Below are positions 8,002 to 17,723 of a stretch of DNA of 41,797 bases, piece by piece. The translations under genes and the position numbers were made by a program. Positions within the stretch are counted from its first letter, which is position 1; every line of letters begins with the position of its first letter. This stretch comes from Armatimonadota bacterium (GTDB taxonomy: Bacteria > Armatimonadota > SYMT01): positions 1 through 41,797 of the forward strand of contig JBKBRF010000054.1 of NCBI GenBank assembly GCA_046292385.1. The letters run 5' to 3'. The notes below the pieces were generated by a model. That model saw only the letters and a list, made by a program, of their open reading frames with translations, searched no databases and was not told the DNA's origin.

Positions 8002-9357
8002 TTAAAGATATCCGCCGCCGGAGCCGAGGTTGTTGCGGGCGAGGGTGTCGCGGGCGTCGTCCTGGCGGAGGTTTGCCTCCACGTTGGCGTTGAGCAGGTT
8101 CTGCTCCACCACGGTGCCATCCGCGCGGAACAGCTCGATCCCGACGCGGTTGTCCTGGATGTCGTTCTTGCGCAGGGTGTGGCCGCGGGGACGGGTCTCT
8201 TCCCGCCCGCAGCGCTCCTCCGGGAGCGGGCGGATGCCGTGGTCCTGGTCCGCGGCGATGCGGATCCCCTTGCCGTTGCGCGTGAAGGTGTTCTCCTCGA
8301 TCGTCCAGTCGTAGCTCGTCATGCTCTCCGGGAAGAGCCCCGCGAACTTCTCTACGTAGTGGGTCCAGAGCAGGATCCCGTGGCCGTTCCCCTGGAAGCG
8401 GTTGCCGGTCACGCGGAAGCCGTGGCCGTTCTCGACCGCGATCCCGGCCTGCCGGTTCATGATCATCCGGTTCCCCTCGATCGTGGTGTCCCAGGAGAAG
8501 CCGAGCCAGAAGCCGTAGTTGCAGCGGTCCGCGTAGTTGCCGCGGAAGACGTTTCCCCGGCAGAAGGTCGCCTCGAAGGCGATGTTCGGGCTCAAGGAGC
8601 CGTCGTTCTCCTCGAAGAGGTTGTCGTCGCAGCCGAGCTTGCGGCCCTCCGGGGAGAGGCCCGCCAGGAAGAAGCCGTCGCCGCCGAGGCGGGCGGTGTT
8701 GCGGCGGAAGACGTTGCGGGAAGAGCCGTGGACCGCCAGGAAGCCGGTGGCGTCCGCGCCCATGTGGCCGTAGTGGAGCCCGCCTTCCCGCGGCTCGAAG
8801 CGGCAGCAGAAGTCGGCCGAGTTCTCCTCGAAGCGGCTGTCGCAGGTCTGGAACAGGTGAATCCCGTAGCCGCTGTTGTAGTTGACCTGGTTGCGGGCGA
8901 CGGTGAGCCGGTCGCAGAAATAGGTGAGCAGGCCGTTCTGCTGGTGCTGAAGGTCGTTGCCCTCCACCCGGCTGTCGGTGACCTCCCAGAGCAGCACCGC
9001 GCCGCCGTACGCCTCCTCAGGGCCGAGCCAGATGTCGAGGAAGATCGTGTTCGGGTGGACTTCCGCAGTGGCGGTGATCTGGCTCCCCTCCAGCAGCAGC
9101 TCCCGGCAGCCGCGGGCGTGGACCCCGTGGTAGTAGTCCCGCAGCTTGAGGTTCCGGATCGTCACGCCGGCGCGGCCCTCCAGCTGGACCCCCCGCCCCT
9201 GGCGGTCCGCGCCGACCAGCAGCGCGCCGTTCCCGTCCAGGGTCACGCCGTCCGCCTCGATCCGGATTCCGTCCGGCAGGTGATAGACTCCCGGCGCGAG
9301 AACGGTGTCTTCACGGATCGACATCCCGTCGGTCGGCACCACGTGGCGTTCGGACAT
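8002..9357 (-). CDS. right-handed parallel beta-helix (NosD/PbH1) repeat protein, no signal peptide
   Basis: Repeated IxxNxxxxNxxGI motifs; RBS AGAAGGAG before ATG 9357. Confidence 0.88.
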   Translation of the reverse strand: MSERHVVPTDGMSIREDTVLAPGVYHLPDGIRIEADGVTLDGNGALLVGADRQGRGVQLEGRAGVTIRNLKLRDYYHGVHARGCRELLLEGSQITATAEVHPNTIFLDIWLGPEEAYGGAVLLWEVTDSRVEGNDLQHQQNGLLTYFCDRLTVARNQVNYNSGYGIHLFQTCDSRFEENSADFCCRFEPREGGLHYGHMGADATGFLAVHGSSRNVFRRNTARLGGDGFFLAGLSPEGRKLGCDDNLFEENDGSLSPNIAFEATFCRGNVFRGNYADRCNYGFWLGFSWDTTIEGNRMIMNRQAGIAVENGHGFRVTGNRFQGNGHGILLWTHYVEKFAGLFPESMTSYDWTIEENTFTRNGKGIRIAADQDHGIRPLPEERCGREETRPRGHTLRKNDIQDNRVGIELFRADGTVVEQNLLNANVEANLRQDDARDTLARNNLGSGGGYL

Positions 9358-9490
9358 CAGCGCTCCTTCTCTGCAATCGGGGTCTGGCCGCCCCGGGCTC
9401 TCGCGAGTAGGATTGGCCTTCGGGGTCCAAAACCCTCCGTTGCACGCTGGGAAGCGTCGCGGAACCTGGCATGGGGCTGGATGCGCCCGG

Positions 9491-9520
9491 TTGTCCGCCC
9501 GTACACGCGACCGGTATAAT
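9491..9520 (+). promoter_or_regulatory. sigma70-type promoter, probably leaderless ECF sigma transcript
   Basis: TTGTCC-N18-TATAAT ending 6 nt before ATG 9527; no SD. Confidence 0.55.
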
Positions 9521-9526
9521 CGCGAC

Positions 9527-10147
9527 ATGGCTGATCCCGGATATGCGGAAGCAGGCGGTTTTTCCGCCTGCTCGGATGCGGAGCTGATCGACCGGGCGCG
9601 CCGGGGCGACCGCCGGTCGCTGGAAGCGCTCGTCCAGCGCCACTACCGCGCCGTCTTCAACCTGGCCTACCGGCTCACGAACGACTACGACGACGCCCAG
9701 GACATCGTGAGCGAGGCGTTCATTCGGGTCCACAACTCCCTCGGCTCGTTCCGCGGCGACGCCAACTTCACCACCTGGCTCTACCGCATCGTCAAGAACG
9801 TGTTCCTGGACGACCGCAAGAAGCGGCGCCTGCGGACTCACGCCTCGCTGGAAGAGATGGTGGAGCTGGACGACAGCAGCGTCTCCCGCCAGGTGGAAGA
9901 CTCGCAGCCGGGTCCCGCCTGGGAGGCGGAGCGGCAGGAGCAGAGCCAGATCATCCAGCAGGCGGTGCTGGGGCTGTCGGAGCCGCAGCGAATGATGATC
10001 GCCATGTACCACTTCCAGCACCTCTCCTACGAGGAGATCGCGGAGATCATGGGGCTGCCGATCGGGACCGTCAAGTCGAGGCTCAACCGGGCGAGGCTCG
10101 CCTTGAAACAGAAGCTCAACAGCGTCAGGGAACTTTTGGAGAGCTGA
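9527..10147 (+). CDS. ECF RNA polymerase sigma factor (RpoE/SigW-like)
   Basis: Region 2 (DAQDIVSEAF...FTTWLYRI) and region 4 (SYEEIAEIMGLPIGTVKSRLNRAR). Confidence 0.95.
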   Translation: MADPGYAEAGGFSACSDAELIDRARRGDRRSLEALVQRHYRAVFNLAYRLTNDYDDAQDIVSEAFIRVHNSLGSFRGDANFTTWLYRIVKNVFLDDRKKRRLRTHASLEEMVELDDSSVSRQVEDSQPGPAWEAERQEQSQIIQQAVLGLSEPQRMMIAMYHFQHLSYEEIAEIMGLPIGTVKSRLNRARLALKQKLNSVRELLES

Positions 10148-10279
10148 GAAAGTCTGGGAAACTGACCCGGACCTCGAGGGACGGCCAACCATTCATACCC
10201 TGACCCTCCCGGCGAGAGATCCGCTCTCCGCGCCGGAACCGGCCGGGGGCCCGGGCGCATCCTAGGGAGTTGATCATCG

Positions 10280-11242
10280 ATGCATTGCGAGCGAGCACAG
10301 GAGTATTTCTCCGACTACCTGGAGCATGCGCTCGATCGTCCGATGGCTGTGGCGCTGGAGACGCATCTCCAGGGCTGCGGACACTGCCGTGAAGAGGTGG
10401 AGTCCCTCCAGGAAACGATCGCGGTTCTCGATTCGATGCCGTCGGTGCCGCCGCCCCCGGACGGGGTGTGGCAGGTGCTCTCCCGGCTCGAAGCCCAGGC
10501 CGCCCCGGAGCCCGTACCCGCTCGCCGCGCCCCGTTCGCGGTAGCGCTGGTGCAGTGGCTGCGGACGCTCAGCCCGGTCAGCTTCGCTACCGGCGCAGGA
10601 CTGGCCACGTTGATCCTTGGCGGCTCCTGGCTCGCCTCCGGCATTCCGCACGTCCAGAACACGGCGGGCGGGGAGATCTTCGGCCCCAACGGGCCGGCGA
10701 TCACCACCGGAGCTGTGCCCGCGCCCCTGGCGCAGACCGCTCAGATCGAAGTCGGCCCCATCACTGCCGCCGGCCGGCAGGTGAACCTGCGCGTGGTGCC
10801 CTCCGTCACCCTTCCGGATGCCCGGATCAAGGTGGAAGGCGCCCGGATGAGCTGGGAGGGGAAGGACGAGATCAGCCAGGAGCAGCCGGCGGAGTTTTCC
10901 GCCTCGCTCGCGGCCGGTCCCGAAGCCGAGACCCTGAGAATCACGGTGGAATCCGCTTCCGCCGGGCAGTCGTTCCAGCACCTGATCGCCGTCCCGCTCG
11001 CTCCGCGAGTCGGTCAGAGCGTGACCCTGGTGCTGGACCGCCAGCCGCTGGAAGAAGCGCTGCGACGGATCACCGGCGGCCTGGAGCTGCCGGTGGTGGT
11101 AGACGGCATCTCGCCGGACACCGCCGTTTCCGTCCGGCTGGAAAACACCACCTCGGAGGGCTGCCTCCAGGCAGTCGCCGCCCAGGTGGGCGCCACGGTC
11201 AAACGAGAACGAGACGCATACCGATTGGTCCCCGCACAGTAA
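10280..11242 (+). CDS. zinc-finger (zf-HC2/ZAS) anti-sigma factor with TM helix and C-terminal STN-like domain
   Basis: HLQGCGHC (HxxxCxxC); hydrophobic segment; C-terminal VTLVLDRQPLEEALRRI...VSVRLEN pattern. Confidence 0.85.
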   Translation: MHCERAQEYFSDYLEHALDRPMAVALETHLQGCGHCREEVESLQETIAVLDSMPSVPPPPDGVWQVLSRLEAQAAPEPVPARRAPFAVALVQWLRTLSPVSFATGAGLATLILGGSWLASGIPHVQNTAGGEIFGPNGPAITTGAVPAPLAQTAQIEVGPITAAGRQVNLRVVPSVTLPDARIKVEGARMSWEGKDEISQEQPAEFSASLAAGPEAETLRITVESASAGQSFQHLIAVPLAPRVGQSVTLVLDRQPLEEALRRITGGLELPVVVDGISPDTAVSVRLENTTSEGCLQAVAAQVGATVKRERDAYRLVPAQ

Positions 11243-11261
11243 GCGGGAACCGCCACTCCAG

Positions 11262-11307
11262 CCGGCGCCCGGGAGTCCCATTGACTCCCGGGCGCCGGTT
11301 TCGTTTC
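11262..11307 (+). terminator. rho-independent terminator
   Basis: 16-bp stem ccggcgcccgggagtc/gactcccgggcgccgg followed by tttcgtttc. Confidence 0.85.
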
Positions 11308-11440
11308 TGGCTCCGGAGCAGCCTTTCTTACCGCGGCCGGACCGATCGCCGCCGGGCGCCACTATCCGGACGGCGCGATCTCGTACCATAGAGAGGGGGA
11401 GGCGCGCATCCTGCCCCGCGGGCCTGGGTATTAAGCAGCC

Positions 11441-12406
11441 ATGAACTTCTGGGACGTGATCAAGGAAGTCTCCGCCCAACCGGTGCGGAACGAGGCGAGC
11501 CGGCTCTTCGTGCTCGGCCTGGCGGGCGATCCGGAGCCGGTGGCGGCGGCGCGGTCGCTGGCGCTGGGACCGCTGACGATCCGCGAGGCGGAGGAGGCGC
11601 GGGAGTTCCTCTTCTGCGCCACGCCGCCCTACTCCGAGGAAGCGGAGAAGCGGCTCCGCTACGCCGATCTGCTCGTCTCCCTGCCGGGAGGACCGGGCGT
11701 CACCGAGCTGCGCCCGGCCGATACGCTGAAGCTGGAGCGGCCGACCGATCTCTTCCCGGCCGTGCTGGAGCGGCGGCCGGACCTGCGGGTCTCTCTGGCG
11801 CGGCGGCTGCCCGGATTCCGGCCGCTGGCGGCGGAGCAGGTGATCCGCGACGTCAGCCGCGTCAACGCGGAGTTCGCCGCGGTTTCCAGCCTCTCCGGCT
11901 CGCTGCCGTTCCTGGCGCCGCTCTTTCCCGCCTTCGCCGGCGCCGACGTGCTGGTGCTCACCAAGAACCAGGTGCTGCTGATCTTCCGGCTGGCGGCGAT
12001 TTACGGCGAGTCTCTCGACCTCACTTCCCGCGCGCGGGAGGTGGCGGGAGTGGTTGGCTCCGCGCTCGGGTGGCGCACCCTGGCCCGCCAGATTGCCGGC
12101 GCGGTCCCGGGCCTCGGCGTGGGGATCAAGGCGGGGATCGCCTACTCCGGCACCTACGCCGTGGGACGCGCCGCGCAGATGGTCTTCGACGAGGGCCGCC
12201 GCCCGAACCGGCAGGAGATGCTGCGGATCTACGAAGAGGCGACCACCCTGGCGAAGGAGACCGCCGCCCGCGTCCTCGAAGCCGCCGCCGGCCGCCGGCG
12301 AGAACCGGGCTCCAACGGAAGCAAGGTGGAGGAAGCCGCCACCCCCGCCCTCCCCGCCGGCGAGCCCGCACCCGCTGACGCTGAGCGCGAACCGCGGGAG
12401 GTGTAA
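11441..12406 (+). CDS. DUF697/EcsC-like uncharacterised protein
   Basis: ADVLVLTKNQ..LAAIYG...VPGLG..IKAGIAYSGTYAVGRAA pattern; TATTAA 6 nt before ATG suggests a leaderless start. Confidence 0.75.
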   Translation: MNFWDVIKEVSAQPVRNEASRLFVLGLAGDPEPVAAARSLALGPLTIREAEEAREFLFCATPPYSEEAEKRLRYADLLVSLPGGPGVTELRPADTLKLERPTDLFPAVLERRPDLRVSLARRLPGFRPLAAEQVIRDVSRVNAEFAAVSSLSGSLPFLAPLFPAFAGADVLVLTKNQVLLIFRLAAIYGESLDLTSRAREVAGVVGSALGWRTLARQIAGAVPGLGVGIKAGIAYSGTYAVGRAAQMVFDEGRRPNRQEMLRIYEEATTLAKETAARVLEAAAGRRREPGSNGSKVEEAATPALPAGEPAPADAEREPREV

Positions 12407-12408
12407 GT

Positions 12409-12566
12409 AAAGGAGATATGGGGATGGGATTGGAGATAGGGGGATCTCTTAAGGGCAGAGGGATGTGGGCGGAGTGCGGAATTCCGAACCTCCCGTGAGC
12501 GGTGGGTCCGGTCCTCTGCACTCCGCCCTCTGCACTCCGTCCTAACCTCATCCCCTTATCTCCTTT
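12409..12566. repeat. intergenic element B: nested inverted arms around CCGAACC..GGTCCGG core
   Basis: Outer aaaggagatatggggatg / catccccttatctccttt; inner GCGGAGT/GCAGAGG heptamers vs ctctgcactccgc; core 12484-12511. Confidence 0.75.
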
Positions 12567-12643
12567 TCGTAGACCCCGCCCGAGAGGGCGCCTTCTCCCT
12601 GGTGTCGAATGCTCTCCCGTACGTCCAGCCAGGGGAGAAGCTG

Positions 12644-13933
12644 ATGCCACGGCCTACCGTCACCTCGCGTCGTCGTTTTCTGAAGGGCTCCGCCGCGGCT
12701 GCGGGCGCCGCCGGGATCGGGTTTCCGACGATTGTCCCGGCCCGCGCGCTCGGCGCCGAGCCGGGCGTTCCCGCCGCCAGCGAGCGGATCCTGATCGGCC
12801 ACATCGGCGTCGGCGGCCAGGGCCGCGGGAACATGCGCCCGCACCTGAAGAACACGGTGGCGGTCTGCGACGTCGACCGCGCTCACCTGGCGCAGGCGAA
12901 GGCGCAGGTGGAGGCTGCCGGCAACCCGTGCGAGGCGTACTCCGACTTCCGGAAGCTGCTGGAGAACAAAGACGTCGACGCGGTGGTGATCACCACCCCG
13001 GACCACTGGCACGCCCTGCCGACCCTGCTGGCGTGCGAGGCGGGGAAGGACGTCTACGTCGAGAAACCGCTCTCGCTCACGATCGACGAGGGGAAGGCGA
13101 TGATCCGCGCGGCGCGGCGGCACCGGCGCATCGTCCAGACCGGCAGCCAGCAGCGCTCCGACGCGAAGTTCCGGCAGGCGTGCGAGCTGGTCCGCAGCGG
13201 CCGCCTCGGCAAGATCCACACGGTGCGGGTCGGACTGCCGGGGGTCAACTTCACGGGCCCCGCGGTGATGGACGGCACCCCGCCGGAGCAGCTCGACTAC
13301 GACTTCTGGCTCGGACCCGCACCCCTGCGCCCGTACAACGAGAAGCGGGTGCACTACCTCTTCCGGTTCTTCTGGGACTACAGCGGCGGTCAGCTCACCA
13401 ACTGGGGAGCGCACCACCTCGACATCGCCCAGTGGGGCCTGGGGATGGACGAGAGCGGCCCGGTCTCCTGCGAGGGCACGGCGAAGTTCCACGCCGAGAG
13501 CTGGTACGAGGTGCCGGAGCAGTTCGGCCTCACCTTCCAGTACGCCAACGGGGTGACGATGCTCTGCGGCCAGCAGTACCGCGGCGGCACCCAGTTCGAG
13601 GGGGAGCACGGCTGGATCTGGGTCGACCGCGGCAAGATCGAGGCGAGCGCTCCGGAGCTGCTCACCGACCCGCTCCCGGGAAGCGCCACGCGTCTCTACG
13701 CAAGCGACAACCACCACCAGAACTGGCTCGACTGCATCAAGAGCCGGAAGAGCCCGATCTGCGACGTGGAGATCGGCCATCGCAGCGCGACCGTCTGCCA
13801 CCTCGGCAACCTGGCCCTGCGCTCCGGCCGCAAGGTGCGTTGGGATCCGAAGAAGCAGAAGGTGGTCGGCGACCCGGAGCAGCAGCGGATGACCCGCTAC
13901 GCCTACCGCTCCCCCTGGAAGCTCGAGTGGTAG
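12644..13933 (+). CDS. Gfo/Idh/MocA family oxidoreductase, Tat-exported
   Basis: SRRRFLK twin-arginine signal; IGVGGQG; TPDHWH; EKP; WGAHHLD. Confidence 0.93.
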   Translation: MPRPTVTSRRRFLKGSAAAAGAAGIGFPTIVPARALGAEPGVPAASERILIGHIGVGGQGRGNMRPHLKNTVAVCDVDRAHLAQAKAQVEAAGNPCEAYSDFRKLLENKDVDAVVITTPDHWHALPTLLACEAGKDVYVEKPLSLTIDEGKAMIRAARRHRRIVQTGSQQRSDAKFRQACELVRSGRLGKIHTVRVGLPGVNFTGPAVMDGTPPEQLDYDFWLGPAPLRPYNEKRVHYLFRFFWDYSGGQLTNWGAHHLDIAQWGLGMDESGPVSCEGTAKFHAESWYEVPEQFGLTFQYANGVTMLCGQQYRGGTQFEGEHGWIWVDRGKIEASAPELLTDPLPGSATRLYASDNHHQNWLDCIKSRKSPICDVEIGHRSATVCHLGNLALRSGRKVRWDPKKQKVVGDPEQQRMTRYAYRSPWKLEW

Positions 13934-14958
13934 ACATTTGCTCCAGCCGGCGCCGCCGCGGTCTTCGCTCCTTCGGGGCCGCGGCGGCGCTCCTGTTCTG
14001 TGCCCTGACCCCGGTCGGCGCGTGGGGACCCCACTCGGAGATCACCCGCGCGGCGCTCGACGCACTGCCCGCCTCCGACCGCGTGGAGGCCCGCCTCGGG
14101 ACGGTGGAGCTGGCCCGGTACTCCTGGCTGCCGGACTACCGGGACGCGGAGCTGCCGGACTACTCGCCCAACCACTACCTCCTCTTCCCGGAGTTTCCCC
14201 GGCACGTCAGCCACCTCACCCCGGAGGTCCGCACCACCTTCCCACCGTTCTTCCGCCGGGCGCTGCAGGCGCTGCGGACGGAGAGCCGGGCCAACGCCGG
14301 CCGCTGGGTCGGAAGCCTGCTCCACTTCGTGCAGGACAGCACCAGCCCGCCCCACGCGCTGCCTGTTTCCGGGGATCTCCACTTCCGGATGGAGAACTGG
14401 ATCGACGCGGAGCAGGTGACGATCCCGGGCTACCGGCCGCGGCGGCTCGGAGGGGATCCGGAAGCGGCCATCCGGGGCCTGGAGGCGGCGATGGACACGC
14501 GGATTGCCCGCGTGCGCCGGCTGGCGGAGCAGATGCGCCCGCCCGCGGAGCGGGAGGACCGCGCGGCGGTGGAGGCGCTGGCACTGGAGGCGGCGCAGGA
14601 GAGCGCTCGTGCTTCGGCGGACCTGCTGCACACGCTGCTGGCTCTGGAGCGCGGCGGCGACCGGTCGGAGCTGGCGCGCCTGGAGATCCTGATCCGGGCA
14701 CCGAAGCTCCCCGCGCGCCCGCTCGCCCCGGTTCGCCTGCGGCTGCTGGAGACCTCCTTCAGCACCTTCTCCGATGCCCTCACGGAGGCGACGGCCGACT
14801 ACTACCGGGGCCGCCTGCTGCTGCGAAACGTTCCGCCGGGCGACTACCGCGCGGAGCTAACTCGCCCGGGCGCCGGGACGACGGTTCTCCGCCTGCGCCT
14901 CACTGCCGGGGCGTTGCACCGAGCTTCGCTGACCCTGCCGCCGGAGACGAGACATTAA
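13927..14958 (+). CDS. secreted zinc-dependent phospholipase C / S1-P1 nuclease-like protein with C-terminal beta-sandwich
   Basis: Signal peptide then mature WGPH; HFVQDSTSPPH and HFRME zinc-ligand motifs; start uncertain (GTG 13927). Confidence 0.7.
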   Translation: MVDICSSRRRRGLRSFGAAAALLFCALTPVGAWGPHSEITRAALDALPASDRVEARLGTVELARYSWLPDYRDAELPDYSPNHYLLFPEFPRHVSHLTPEVRTTFPPFFRRALQALRTESRANAGRWVGSLLHFVQDSTSPPHALPVSGDLHFRMENWIDAEQVTIPGYRPRRLGGDPEAAIRGLEAAMDTRIARVRRLAEQMRPPAEREDRAAVEALALEAAQESARASADLLHTLLALERGGDRSELARLEILIRAPKLPARPLAPVRLRLLETSFSTFSDALTEATADYYRGRLLLRNVPPGDYRAELTRPGAGTTVLRLRLTAGALHRASLTLPPETRH

Positions 14959-14978
14959 CGCGCACCTGCGAGCGGAGG

Positions 14979-15743
14979 CTACAGCTCCAGCAGGTCGGTC
15001 GAGTTGTTCTCCGGGTCGGCGAGCCAGTCGCTGGCGAGGAGCCGGTTGCGGATGGCGTCGTCGGCGACGATCCGGCCGTCCCGCACCTGCACCAGCCGGC
15101 GCGAGTGGCGGGCGATGTGCGGCTCGTGGGTGACCACGATCACGCTCACGCCCTCGTCGTTCAGCTCCTGGAAGATCTGCATGATCTCCTCGCCTTGCTG
15201 CGTGGAGACGTTGCCGGTCGGCTCGTCCGCCATCAGGATGCGGGGCTCCGCGGCGACGGCCCGGGCGATGGCGACGCGCTGCTGCTGACCGCCGGAGAGC
15301 TCCGTCGGCTTGTGGTCCATCCGGTTGGCAAGCCCCACCCGCTCCAGCGCCTGCCGCGCCCGCTCCCGGCGGCCGCGGACCCCGCCGTAGACCATCGGCA
15401 GCTCCACGTTCTCCAGCGCCGTGAACGAGGGCAGCAGGTTGAAGCTCTGGAAGATGAAGCCGATCGTGCGGTTGCGGACCTGCGCCAGCTCCACCTCGTC
15501 CAGGTCCGAGACCTCCTCGCCGTCGAGGCGGTAGGAGCCGGCGGTCGGGGCGTCGAGCAGCCCCAGGATGTGCATGAGCGTCGACTTCCCGGAGCCGGAA
15601 GGGCCCATGATCGCGACGAACTCGCCTTCCTCCACCTGAAGGTCGACGCCGTCGAGGGCGCGCACCTCCTGGTCGCCCATGGTGTAGATCTTCCGGATGC
15701 CGGTCAGCTCGAGCATGCGGCTGCGGACAGCGGTCTCCAGCAC
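14979..15743 (-). CDS. ABC transporter ATP-binding protein (MacB/LolD-type)
   Basis: GPSGSGKST, LSGGQQQRVAIARA, ADEPTG, H-loop VTHE; alternative start at 15716. Confidence 0.95.
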   Translation of the reverse strand: MLETAVRSRMLELTGIRKIYTMGDQEVRALDGVDLQVEEGEFVAIMGPSGSGKSTLMHILGLLDAPTAGSYRLDGEEVSDLDEVELAQVRNRTIGFIFQSFNLLPSFTALENVELPMVYGGVRGRRERARQALERVGLANRMDHKPTELSGGQQQRVAIARAVAAEPRILMADEPTGNVSTQQGEEIMQIFQELNDEGVSVIVVTHEPHIARHSRRLVQVRDGRIVADDAIRNRLLASDWLADPENNSTDLLEL

Positions 15744-15746
15744 CGG

Positions 15747-17471
15747 CTACGGCTCCTTCTTTCCCTCGGCGTCCTGGGCGTCGACCGCCTTCACGCCAAG
15801 GCGCGCCAGCCCGGCGAGGACCACCTCCTCGCCTTCCTTGAGGCCCGAGACGATCTGCGTGTGGCTGTTGTTGCGGACGCCGGTCTCCACCGTCCGCTCC
15901 TCCACCCGCTCCTTCCCCTGCTTCGCCCGGTGGAGCACGTAAACGACGGTCCGGCCCACCTCCCGGTGGATCGCCTCCGTCGGGAGCAGCAGCACGTTCG
16001 GGGTGCGGTCGAGCAGCAGCGTCACGTCGGCGGTCATGTCGGGCCGCAGCAGCCCCTCCGGGTTGTCGAGCGCGACCGTTGTCTCGTAGGTGACCACGTT
16101 GTCCTTCACGGTGGAGGCGGAGGAGATCTTGGCGACCTGGCCGGTGAAGACCCGTCCCGGGAACGACTCGACGCGCACCTCCGCGGGGAGCCCGATCCGC
16201 GCCTTGCCCACGTCGACCTCATCCACGTAGGCGCGCACTTCCAGCCGCTTCAGGTCGACCACCGTGAGCAGCGTAGCGGTCTGGAAGCCCGCGGCGACCG
16301 TCTCCCCCTGCTGGGCGGTGATCGAGACGACGGTGCCGTCCAGCGGCGCGCGGATGATCGCCTTGTCGAGCTGCGCTTCCTGGAATCGGAGCTGGGCCTG
16401 CGCCTGGCGGAGGGTGCCCCGGGCCTGCGCCACGGCGGCTTTCGCTTCTTCCACGGCGCGGCGGCGGACGATATCCTGCGTGCGGTTCGACCGGCGGAGC
16501 TGCAGCGTGGCCTCTGCCTGGCGCTTGCTCTGCAGCGCGCTCCGCGCCTCCGCCTCGCGCACCTCGTTCTGAAGCTGGCTCGCCTGGGCTACCTCCAGCG
16601 CCGCTTCCGCTTCCGTCACCTGGTTCCGGGCCGCCTGGAGATCTGCCTGGGTCTTCTCCTCCACGATCGACCGGCTGGCGCGGGCATTCTTCAACCGCGC
16701 CTCCGCCTGCACGTAGGCGGTGCGGGTGTTCTCCACCTCCTGCCGGGCAATGTAGCCCTTGCTCAGCAGGCTCTGCTGTCGCTGGAGCTGACGGGAGCTG
16801 TTCACCGAGGCGACCCGGGCTTCGTCAATGGCGGCATCGGCCTGGGCGATCTGCATCGCCACCGTCTTCTGCACCTGTCGCTCCTGCGCGTGGGCCGTGG
16901 AGAGCCCTGCCCGCGCCCGCGCGATCTCGGTGCTCGTCTGCGTCGGCTGCAGCTTGTTCAGCGACTCCGCCACGCTCAGCCGCTCGTCCGCGCCCAGGAG
17001 CGCGGAGCGCGCTTCGGCGATCTGCGCCTGGTTCTGCTCCCGGGTCAGCTCCGCATTCAGCTCCGCCTGGCGCAAACGGCTCTCCGCCTGCGCCAGCGAG
17101 GCCTCCGCCACCTGTACGCTCTGCCGCTGCTGCTCCACCTGCGCTTGCAGGTCGGGCGAGTCGAGCACCGCCACCACCTGGCCGGTGCGGACCAGCGCGC
17201 CGACGTCGGCCGGGAGGCTGCGGATCAGGCCGGAGATCTGGGAGCCGACGTTCACCTTCGCGCCGATCTGCGCCGCCACCACGCCGGTAGCGGTGATCTT
17301 CTGGTCGATGTCGCCCCGGCTCACGGTCCCGGTCTGCACGCCGGCCGGCAGCTTGCCCGCCTGCGCGGCCGCGTTCTGCTGGTACCACGCGCCGTAACCC
17401 CCGCCGCCCACCACCAGCAGGGCCGCCCATACCCAGCCCCACCGGAACCGGCTCCGCTTCTTTCCCGCCAT
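15747..17471 (-). CDS. efflux periplasmic adaptor (MacA-like MFP) with very long alpha-helical hairpin
   Basis: N-terminal TM; VNVGSQISG lipoyl half; IIRAPLDGTV; VDEVDVGK; LRPDMTA; SGLKEGEEVV. Confidence 0.92.
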   Translation of the reverse strand: MAGKKRSRFRWGWVWAALLVVGGGGYGAWYQQNAAAQAGKLPAGVQTGTVSRGDIDQKITATGVVAAQIGAKVNVGSQISGLIRSLPADVGALVRTGQVVAVLDSPDLQAQVEQQRQSVQVAEASLAQAESRLRQAELNAELTREQNQAQIAEARSALLGADERLSVAESLNKLQPTQTSTEIARARAGLSTAHAQERQVQKTVAMQIAQADAAIDEARVASVNSSRQLQRQQSLLSKGYIARQEVENTRTAYVQAEARLKNARASRSIVEEKTQADLQAARNQVTEAEAALEVAQASQLQNEVREAEARSALQSKRQAEATLQLRRSNRTQDIVRRRAVEEAKAAVAQARGTLRQAQAQLRFQEAQLDKAIIRAPLDGTVVSITAQQGETVAAGFQTATLLTVVDLKRLEVRAYVDEVDVGKARIGLPAEVRVESFPGRVFTGQVAKISSASTVKDNVVTYETTVALDNPEGLLRPDMTADVTLLLDRTPNVLLLPTEAIHREVGRTVVYVLHRAKQGKERVEERTVETGVRNNSHTQIVSGLKEGEEVVLAGLARLGVKAVDAQDAEGKKEP

Positions 17472-17658
17472 GCCAGACCCTCGCGCCACACCGTCAACTG
17501 GACAATATAGTCGCCCGTTCCGCGAATCGACATCATGAATTCGCCGCCGATTTTCACGGGTAGGCAGACGCTCGCCCGGTCGCATCCGTCAGGGCATCGA
17601 GCACCTGCGTAGGCGGGCTTTCTTCCCCGTATAGAACGGAGCGGAGCAGCATCGATTA

Positions 17659-17691
17659 CGCCCGCGCGATTCTTTTCGAGTCGCGCGGGCG
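17659..17691. terminator. hairpin downstream of pncA
   Basis: 14-bp stem (one G-U) cgcccgcgcgattc/gagtcgcgcgggcg. Confidence 0.5.
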
Positions 17692-17723
17692 CGGTGGTAG
17701 AGTGGCTGGACGCAGCGGCGGCG

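Noticed and set aside
13938..17510. 1190-aa plus-strand ORF and other long shadow ORFs (e.g. 7855-9519, 28832-30697, 35258-37747)
   Set aside because: Antisense or alternate-frame shadows of well-supported genes; Arg/Gly/Pro-rich with no motifs
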